A stretch of DNA of 48,770 bases, filler included, from Dirinaria sp. TL-2023a (Eukaryota): the NCBI GenBank assembly GCA_051941275.1. It is 2 parts of 2 records of this genome, joined end to end, with 100 filler letters (N's around TTAATTAATTAA, not from the genome) between each part and the next. Parts side by side here need not be neighbours in the genome. Positions count along the whole stretch, not along the records: positions 24,447 to 48,770 come from JAVEBF010000192.1; 1 more part is not named here. One strand, given 5' to 3'. Under the pieces are notes generated by a model that saw nothing but the letters and a program-made list of their open reading frames with translations, did not search any database and had not been told where the DNA came from. The translations under genes were made by a program, and so were the position numbers. Positions 39,458 to 48,770 of the stretch are shown here, piece after piece. Within the stretch, counting starts at the first letter, position 1. Every line of letters begins with the position of its first letter.

Positions 39458-40986
39458 GGAGAAACCATGTCAAAGAGAGAAGCCATGACGGTGGTGAAGA
39501 GATGGTATTGCAAACTCAATGATTACATTCTTCACGGAGACAGCGAGGAACGCGCAGGCAAGGAGTGGTATGTTGTTTCTTCAGCCTTACACATCCTTAC
39601 AACTCACGACGTACTCGTACGAGTACAGTAGATATGGGAAACTGCGGAGGCTTGGCTGGTGATAATTTGGAGATCTCGATGCCAGCTTTCAAATCATATG
39701 TATTGGTAATGTATGTAGTAGTGCGACAGGTTTACGGTACGCTAGCACGTCAGACGACAGACGCCATGTAAAAGCAATAAAAGCCACTACCAGCGGGAAC
39801 GACCTACAGGCTACATATAATAATTGATTCGACGCCGACTCCAAGCCAATTGGCCCCGGGTTAGCCGAGCGACGGAAGACCAATCGGCCCATCGGCCATC
39901 GGCCCATCGCCCACACAATTACTTTAAGGTATCCTCCCTCATTATTTTGACTGGAGCTTGTCACCATCACTTCATGGGCTCATGCAACCTTCGGGCTCGG
40001 GCTCTCTCGCTCCTGGGTTTCAGTGCTGATCTCATGATCCCTCATCATGTCATGAAGTCACGACAGACTTGGCCGCGGTCTAAAGGCAGGCAAACCCGTT
40101 TCACTGCCAGTCGAGTGCTGCGCGCGTCGTTCAGTGCAACCAACCAGCACTGAGGAGCGAAAAAGCATCCATGCGACCGAATAAATTAGCCACCTCACCA
40201 CCTCACCACCTCACCTTACACCCTCTCGACAATTCCAGCCCTTCCGTTAGGGCGTTGCACCGCTGTATTGCCAGCGGGGATTAACATCCTTAATTTTCCC
40301 GCTTGCACGGCTTTTTCGATAATAGAATATCGCCAGGAGGCGCTTGGCGATGGACTACTCGCATTTGAGGCCTCGTGGGAACCGCATTGGGGGATCTCGA
40401 ACAATTAAGCTCGCATGCAGCAGCAAATCAACTGGGGCGCAGGCTACCTTCCCTTGCTAGCAAGCTGTCATGGGCCGTTCATTGGCATTGATTTGGGCCT
40501 AGTCACATCTGCAGGTATCAAATTGCGGTAAGGTGCAGCTGAGCCAAGCCGCTGTAGATGGTTAGCGCTGGAAGCCGAGGTGGGCACTAGCGATTGAAGA
40601 TTGCCTCGAAGGCTCGAAGCTCCCGATCAGACTGATCTGCCGTCTGCGCGGATCTTTTGCGTTTTGTCAAGTCCTGCGGTCCAATTAATTTTCGGGCTTC
40701 CGGACTCTCTGACCATTACGCCACTGCTATCCCCCTCCTGCGACCATGGCCAAATTACCACTAAGCAGCTTCTTTTTCGCCTATATTGCTTTGTCTAGAC
40801 CGGTCACCGAGTACCAAAGGCTTGCTTCTGCCGATGTACATAATCAATCAAGCCTGCCGCCGCCCACGTGGAATTCAATCCAAATCCTTACCATTATTGA
40901 ATATCTACGGCTCTATATCCCAGGCCTTGTTCTCGCTGTCAAGCGACTAGGTCACACGCAAGGAGAGCTTGGGTACTGCTCTAACA

Positions 40987-43273
40987 ATGGCACGTTCCAC
41001 TGCGGATGACTGCCATCGGCCGTCTCTACGGCAGCAATCGTTCACTGAAAACGTGGCGAGTAATCTAAAGACAAGATCAGCCAGGGCCAGCCCATCACCC
41101 TCACGGCGAGGTCGCATAGCGAAATTGGAGAGCTTTCACCTATCACCGTCCAGTAGGGCAAAATCAGTTGATCGGATCACTTGCAAATCCAGCACCACTC
41201 TAGGTCAAATTACCTTTCGAGCTGCCAATATCAAGCGCTGGGATGGCAGACGACGTACTACTGTCATCTGGGACGGCCTGCGGAAGGTATGTTGGTTTGA
41301 ATGATACTCTCTAGCACAAGCCAGATGTTGAGCTAACACTTCTTGACCATCAGGATAGCGAGCTATGGTTCGCCGACGGGGACTGCCTTGTACACTTTTA
41401 CGGCAGAGGTCAATCAAAACGAGGCGCCTCGTTGAGGGTGCCGTTCGCGAAAATTCAATACAGCAACTGCATGCCGCTTTTTCAGCGTGCTGCTCTTCAT
41501 AGTGTGTCCCAAACGCCATCACCAACCTCGTCTGAGGAAGGCTCTCCTGTGCAAGACACACACCGCGTGGACTTCGAACTCTACCTACCAGCGCCTCCTC
41601 ATCTCAGTCGAGAGGATGCTTTCCGCTACCATCTAACTACTCGAAACTTTTTCGCATGGATGTTCGAAAAACCTGTGGTCGGTCATCGTCTTGGCGAATC
41701 CCTGGTCGCACTTTATGAAAGGATGAACGAGTACAGGCCTTGTGAGGAACAAAACAGGGACGACATCTTGGCATACATTGATGGCCAAGAATACTCTGAC
41801 TTCCGTGATTGTCCGGATCACGCTTTGGCTGTATTACACTTTGCAGAGAGGTTTGAGATTCGGGAATTGTGGACCGATGCCTTTGTGCATTGTGCTGGCA
41901 TGAACAATGAACTGGCATCCAGTGCTGAATTCGAGGTTTGTGCTTCGTTAGCAATCATGTGGAAACCCTCTGACTCATTTCAGTCCACCTCACGAATGTC
42001 AAAAGCCTTGATAACCAGAGCTCATCTCGAGATGGACCTTCGCTTGGAACACGCGGGCCAAGCTCTTAGCAACTTCCTTGAGGATGATATGTCGGGTTCC
42101 TACCTTGGTCTTAGTCAAGATGCTCGAACGCATTTGGAACGCTTCAGGTCGTTCCTCCATTCATTCTACGTACAGAAATATGGCTATTGGCCGCCGCCTC
42201 AAACAAAGCGGCATAGCAAAGCACTTCCCAAATCGATCTACCGGGTAATGTATATTGAAATCCGGAATCTGTACGAATACTTGGTTGATCCGGCCTCGAC
42301 TGATTCATTTCAAAATAATCGACTGGCTGACGGCGGTGTTTGTGTTCTGCAAAACATCAAGACCTTCGACAAACGGCATAAGTACATCACACTGCCTCAC
42401 GCCCTCCCGCTTCTACCTCAACTTCCTCGCGAGATGGCTGGTCAGAAATCTCATGGCCTGGCCAAGTTCTTTGGCAGCAAGCAACTAAAACTGGACCGTC
42501 GTCTTGCAGCATCAGCTGCTTTGTCCGCGGCTACGAATCCGAGCGACATCTCAATCATGAAATGCCGCCTCGTTCGTGAGTACCTAAAGTTTGAAAAAAA
42601 TTGGTCAATGAACGAAGAGGAGCGTATTACCTGCGCAGATGCTCGCAAGGTTCGTTGGATTCTTGTCTACGCGATGTTGCAGACCCTTGTTTCCGTTACA
42701 CGAGCTCCGAAAGAGGTCAGAGATACCGAAGGTGTAGACTACCCACTTTGCTGCCAGATCGCTGGCACACCGCCATGGACATTGGGCAAGAGGCCGCAGC
42801 CATTCGATGAGGGTTCGCCGAAGCCAACCACGACCATCAAACCCGACACCGATTACTTTACTCCCAAGCCTGCTTCGTCGCCTCTCGTCAGACCTCAGCC
42901 TGTTATTGCCTTGCCTCACAAAATCTCCTTCCCCGAGGGCCTATCTGTTCATTCACCCCAGCCCCAGAAAGCTGTCTCCTGCGATATGCTTCTCAACGGC
43001 TACCGTCTTAGCACAAATACTGCCGGCATAGACTCAGACCCGAGCACTCCGTCGTCCACTGATAAGGAAGGCAGCAGCGGCTGGGACTCAAACTCTGACA
43101 GCGACACTATGGAACATGCCAGCGTGAATGGAAGTGTCAGCTTCTACGGAGATGATGAAGACACAAAGCAGCCGCATGCGAATGCAGCTATATACGTCCC
43201 AAAGAAGCTGTCCATCAGCAGCTTCCAGCAAAGCGCCCTCAATCCCGAAGTGGAACGCTACATACTTTCTTAA
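40987..43273 (+). CDS. Conserved fungal hypothetical protein (DUF8004-like), 3 exons
   Basis: Long continuous ORF. Spliced VIWDGLRK|DSELWFADGDCLVHFY, YHLTTRNFFAW, LWTDAFVHCAGM, FLHSFY..GYWPP, DARKVRWILVY. The family label is from recall only. Confidence 0.75.
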
Positions 43274-44979
43274 TCCCTTGAAATTGCGTTTCCTTTGCTA
43301 CGTCAACTGGTTTTGTAAGCGATGGCGTCGGTGGAGCATTTCAATACCCTTTAAAAAAGCGGATCTCAAGGTAGTTTTGGGGTTAGAATATTAGCATCAC
43401 GATGGACCAACAGTGAACATCGGACGAATCTAATGTATTTTTTGACAAACAATTTTGGGAGCCAATAATAGCTGATGCTGTTGAGCATCGTGGCTTGCAA
43501 TGGTAGAATGAGGTCTTGCCGGCAAGGCAGGCACACTACCTTAGGGTTTACATGTTGAGTGACCAATTAGATTCTAGGGTTATTTGAGCCCGATTCTAAG
43601 GAACCTCACGCTCATGCTCTCTCTAGATCGACTTGCTCAATTCATGCTACCTATTTTGAGTCAACGAAATGATACCGAAGCTACCTTAAGCGACCCTGGC
43701 ACTGGCAGCCCGCGGCAACTTGAAAACCTTCAGCAGTGGCTAGTCTTTACAGTAGCAGCTCCAAACCTTCACTCTCCTACTGTGAAAAGACCAACCAATC
43801 AACCAGAACCAAGTTGTTGCTCATGTGTTTAACGTTTTGAGTCACCTGATGTTGAAAACCCGCAAGGGGTTGATTGTTTCTGCGTTTAGGCAAGAACTGC
43901 ACACCGAGTCATGGAGGTTCCCGTGGCCCGTTATCAAATTATCAACATTGGAGGCGCGCCGCAAGAGCAACCGCTGCCATCGTTAGCAGCTTCGGTTGCG
44001 AGCTGTCCTTCGCACTTACCCATTGCTGAGGTTTAGGCTTTCTGTTTCCGACAGCTGGTGTAGTTAGGGAAGACGAGTTCATCGAAGAGTATCGTATCAC
44101 TTTGAGCAAAAGCAAATCCCAGGCTATGACACGGCTCTATGCAGGCAATGCTTCAACACTTCTAGGCCTGCAGAACGAGGAGTGAAATCTCCATTGAGAT
44201 GGTTCAAACCATTTCTCGAATCATACGTGCTGATCCGTTTTTATTGTCCCTAGGGCAGAACGTTGTATGTGATGCGGAAGGTAGTCATATCTACAACTAC
44301 ATGCATAGCAGCCAAGTGATGTGTGAGAGACGAATTGGCCGGCATCAGTTGGCTGTATAGTCATACTATCCACAGCCCATTACGCTCCTAGCACAGGGTC
44401 CGGAAAATAAGTTGAAGGTATTTATTGTTGAGTCTAACCAGGTTTTTTGTTCCCTAAACATCTTCGCGGTTACTAATCATCAGTAAAGAGACACATTTGA
44501 AAACATTATAGCTATGCTCAAGCTGGCATCTAGACCTTGAAGGGTCCTGGTCATTCGCGATGTTTCTGGTTGGCCGCTTGCTCCCAATGGCTTCTTTGCG
44601 GAAAGCGTTATCATGTGGAAACAGTGCGCAGACAGTTGCCCAACTTCGCAGTCGAGCGGCTTGATATGGCTAAACACATGGACCATTATTGGGGACTTAA
44701 GTCGTTTGGATGAAATTTATTAGTGGAATGCAGACAGTTTGTTGCCGCACACGGAGAATGTTACTACTCCAAAATAGCAGGAATGTACGCGTCAAACGCG
44801 TCAATAGCTATTTATGAGGAAAGACTCCATATACTCTATTATCAGGTTTATTTCATGCTCTTTTTCGTGTCCAAAAGATCTCGTGCAACCTTCGTTGCTA
44901 CTGTTTTTCCTCAGTATTCTTATCGACGCCTTACGTAACTGCTGTTGTGTTCAAGCAGTAGCGCGTTTTCGAAGAAACC

Positions 44980-47900
44980 ATGCAGTGGCTTAACGCTGCC
45001 CTCGCTGTGCTCGGGCTTACATCCACCGTTCTTGCTCAAGGTAGCGTTGGTGGAGATCAGTCAGTCTGTTCCGCATCGCAGGATTTCACTTATTCAGGCT
45101 GCTACGGCGACGACCAAAATGGGCGTCACGCTGGTTTCAATTGGCAATTCAGTACAAGCTCGACGGATGTGAAAACTTACCCAGGGTGGAACGGCTCAAT
45201 GACTGCAGTGTATTGTCAAACGGTCTGTCGTGGTCATGGTTTCAAATATGCTGCAGTCTATGGGAACGAATGCTATTGTTCACCGACATTCCCACCGCCA
45301 ACCATTACCGGCTCCACCTCTTCGGGACCAGGCGCACCAGCCGGCAATGCTCCAGGTACTACAACTTCAGCTGGAGCGTGTGCTTCCCCTTGCCCTGGTG
45401 ATTCATCACAACAATGCGCTGGAGGAGGTGCTGCAGCAGTCTATTCTGACCCTTCGTTCACGAGCGCCACAACACAAGCCGGAAGCGCGAGTAACTACAA
45501 ATACTTTGGATGCTATGACAATCAAAATCCCGGTCCGATGTTCGTGAGCTCTCTCTCAACAACCAGTACTGTGAACTGCGTCAACTACTGTGGCCTGATG
45601 GGATATCCTTTTTCGTCTCGCTCCGGTACTGACAGCAACACCGGTTCGACCTGTGGTTGCGGTAGCGAGATCCAGTCCGGTGTCCAGCTTCCAGAAAGCA
45701 GCTGCAACGCATATTGCAATGGCACTATGAACGCACAGTAAGCTCTCTTCTCAGCCCTCGGAGGATCTTGCATACCTTGCTGTATTTTAGTAGGACTGAC
45801 AGGGGAATCAGGGGAGGTGCATTCGCATGCGGTGGCAACGGCGCTTACTCAGTCTTCTTAAATACCGAGCTTCAAGGCTGTTACAGTCCGAGATACCCTG
45901 GGACTGACGCTACTCACACCTATGTCGCTCCGGCAGATGCAGGCGTGGCGCCAGATGCGGACTCGTCCTCAACTTCATCGGTGAGCTACTTTCAAACTTC
46001 TGAGTGGCCGATATACTTTGGTGCTAGGCCCTGTGACAATTTTAGAGAACCCAATGCACTTGCGCTGCAGCTTTCGATGCCACTTTCAAGCCCGTGCTAA
46101 CTTGAATTCCTCAACAGGGCAGCTCTTCCTCAATTGGAACGGTAAGCATGCAACCAAGCTCTTCCGCGTGATGCAGATTCCACATCCTTCCTACGTCGTG
46201 CCTCAGCTGTGGATGCTCAGTAGATAATCCATATTACATTTAGTCTCCTCTAGTAGCGAGGCTGGTTGCAGTCGCACAGAGCTCGTCCTCGTCTGGTTCT
46301 ACCACCTTGGCGCCGGCAAGCTCTACAGTAAGTCCTTGTCCACCCAATGTGTGGAACGAGCGTAGGGACGAGCCTAATATCATCAGCGCAACCTCCTTCC
46401 AACTTCTGTTGCATCCTCTTAAATTCTCCAAAGAGCAATGCTGATAACAGTTTTAGAGTGATTCAACTTCGTCGAGCTCTGCCACTGCCTCACCAGTGGT
46501 GACAACAGGCACCACAGCCGTAACATCCGTGATTACCACGTGCGTAAACCTTTTCTCAAGATATTTCCAACTGTTCATCAGTTCGCCGAGTAATGCAATC
46601 CGCTTTGGAACTGGGGTTGGACGTTGAATGAAACTCGCTAAATTATGTTTACTCTAGGACGACGGTCGTGTCTACTACGAGCGTATACACTACCCAGACA
46701 TCGTCCACAACAGTCGTATCTAATAATGAAGTTTATGTCACGAGGACCGTCACCACGCAGGTCAGTACTGCCCCAGAATTCTTAGAGTGGTGCTGTTCTG
46801 CAATCTTGGGCTAAATCGAGTCGGGCATCGCAGCAAACGGTTACCACAACCATGCCAACCACTGTTACAGTGACAACCACTACAACTTCTTTGTCTACCA
46901 CTACTGCAACTGTTCAGACAACTGAAAGCGAATATTTTACGACGACGCAGGGCGTCACGAGGGAACCGACAACGACGTATTTCCCACCCCAATCCAATGC
47001 TTCAAGCTCAAGGTGAGTTTTTGATTTCACTGGGTGGGAATAAAGTAGGGAATGCTAATTTCATTCTTGAAAGTACAAAAACAAGGCATGGCTCTCCGTC
47101 TATCCTATATTTTGGGTCGAATAGACATTAACGTGTATTAATCATAGCTCAACATCTTCGACAACCACAAGTTCCACGTAAGACCCACATCATACATACC
47201 TGCCTCACTCGAAGATTGCACTTACATGCTTTGCAGATCTTCTTCTTCAAGCTCCTCCTCAAGGTGAGTTGTATCTACCACAATACAAGATCGATCATGC
47301 TAAAAAAATGAAGTAGCTTGCTCAGCCTGCCAACGAGTATATTAAACTCGACATCTCCAACCTCGAGTTCCACGTAAGATCCACCTTCATACGTACCTGC
47401 CTCATCCGAAGATTGCACTTACATACTTAGCAGATCTTTTTCGAGCTCCTCCTCAAGGTGAGTTGTTTTCCACATAATACATGACTGATTATGCTAAAGA
47501 GCTGAAATAGCTTGATTAGCCTGCCTACAAGTATATTAAGCTCGACATCATCAACAAGCACGAGCTCCACGTAAGATCCGCATCATGTGTATCTACCTCG
47601 CTCGGAGATTCCACTTACATGTTTTGGCAGCTCTACCTCTTCAAGCTCTTTCTCAAGGTAATCGTATCCGCCATAACACAGGAGTGATCATACTAAAAAG
47701 ATGGAATAGCTTGTTTAGCCTGCCAACGAGTATACTAAATTCGACATCTTCGCCAACCACGAGCTCCAGGTAAGATCCACTTCATGCATACCTTCATCAC
47801 TGTATTTTCCACTTACATGCTTTAGCATTTCTACTTCTTTGAGCTCCTTCTCGAGGTTATTTGTGTCCGCCATAACAAAGGAGCGACCATGCTAAAAAAT

Positions 47901-48645
47901 GGAATAGCTCGATTAGCTTGCCAACAAGTATACCGACGTGCGTAAATGGCCTACTGCACATTCTAATCTTAGCTAACGCTTCATCACAGGACGTCGTCGA
48001 CAAGATCCTCAAGGTACGAACCATCCTCGAGCAACCGGCGGGGGGGGGAAGGCCCGAAGCGAAGTACATGATTAGGGATTATTAGTACTGATAACATGCA
48101 ATAGTTCTTCGACAATAACTACGCCAAAAACAACTTCTTCAAGGCGCGTAGCTTTCTCGTCTCAGCTCGAGCTTCGCTTCGCACGGGATGCTGACCAGGT
48201 TGGACAGCTCTTCGTTGTCTTTATCTCCAATCATCTCAACCCCGACGACTATAAGTTTAAAGTAAGTTCACGATCTTTTATCCAGACTACAACGCTATCT
48301 CACCCGGTACACACTAGCTCCACGATCAGCTTTAGCACACGCTCCTCCACGACCCCCTCCACGAGCTCCAACACCACCTCCTCCTCCACTTCTTCCACGA
48401 CCAGCTCCACCAGCTCCAGCTCTTCCACGACCAGCAGCTCCACGACCAGCTCCACCACCTCTTCCACCACTTCTTCCACCACCACATCTCCCAGCATCTC
48501 CAGCATCTCCAGCATCCTCTCTCCTTCAGCCTGTACCCCGCGAACAGTGACCATCACAACCATAGAAACAGTAACCATGAGCAGCAGCAGCGGCAACAGC
48601 AGCCCCAACAACGCATTATCCCTCCGGCGCCGACAGACGGCATAA
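44980..48645 (+). CDS. Secreted protein with two WSC-like domains and a mucin-like Ser/Thr tail, ~21 exons, ~730 aa
   Basis: Signal peptide, then WSC-like Cys patterns (YSGCY..MTAVYCQTVC..YAAVYGNECYC..CASPCPGDSSQQCAGG; YFGCY..CVNYC..CGCG..CNAYCNG..CGG). All hand-called exons stay in one stop-free S/T-rich frame to TAA at 48643-48645. Confidence 0.82.
47148..47937 (+). repeat. Four diverged tandem copies of a ~197-bp unit (intron A - exon - intron B - exon)
   Basis: TCCA(C/G)|GTAAGA recurs at 47178, 47374, 47571 and 47770 (spacing 196, 197, 199). Each unit has CACTTACAT, CTC(A/G)AG|GT, CTAAA..TAG|CT and TGCC..AGTATA. Confidence 0.93.
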
Positions 48646-48770
48646 TTAAAAAGAATCAAATTCTAAACAGACCGAAAAATTCTGGAACTTGTGTTTTGAA
48701 ATGAGGGGTTGATGCTCGATGTTGCTGTTGCTGCTTGAGGACGTAGGTACTTTATTACTTTTTACAAGGG

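Noticed and set aside
39880..40216. Short CATCGGC and CACCTCAC tandem repeats (also GGGAAGCCAT at ~26327)
   Set aside because: Ordinary slippage-type simple repeats in promoter DNA with no further structure.
43535..43585. TTAGGGTT/CTAGGGTTA telomere-like words (possible telomerase RNA template)
   Set aside because: They are isolated, imperfect matches with no tandem array and no exact TAACCCTAA template.
47148..47937. Regularly spaced repeats resembling a CRISPR array or MITE cluster
   Set aside because: The whole unit is homologous, with no unique spacers or terminal inverted repeats, and exon-intron duplication explains it.
48300..48659. Minus-strand Glu/Val/Leu-rich ORF
   Set aside because: It is the antisense read of the Ser/Thr codons in the last WSC exon.

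Overview
Intron-rich filamentous ascomycete (Pezizomycotina) DNA with two parts, separated by a 100-nt artificial contig linker at 24347-24446. The left ~23 kb is a secondary-metabolite gene cluster. It has two O-methyltransferases, a Zn2Cys6 regulator, an MFS exporter, an A-T-R NRPS-like (carboxylic-acid-reductase type) enzyme, a secreted PatE-like GMC oxidoreductase, an SDR and an MpaD/CicH-like P450. A gap-truncated 2OG-Fe(II) dioxygenase follows. This enzyme set resembles phthalaldehyde/phthalide/isoindolinone pathways (cichorine, aspernidine), but no PKS is in the window. The right part holds an NAD-dependent epimerase, TOP1, ATP3, a GH128 glucanase, a GT34 glycosyltransferase, a conserved hypothetical gene and a 2xWSC mucin-like gene. 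The Ser/Thr tail of the WSC gene is built from about 13 phase-2, 3n micro-exons, eight of them from a ~197-bp exon-intron unit present in four tandem copies. All exon models were read by hand from splice signals and reading frame. Family names come from motif recognition and recalled sequences, not from database searches.
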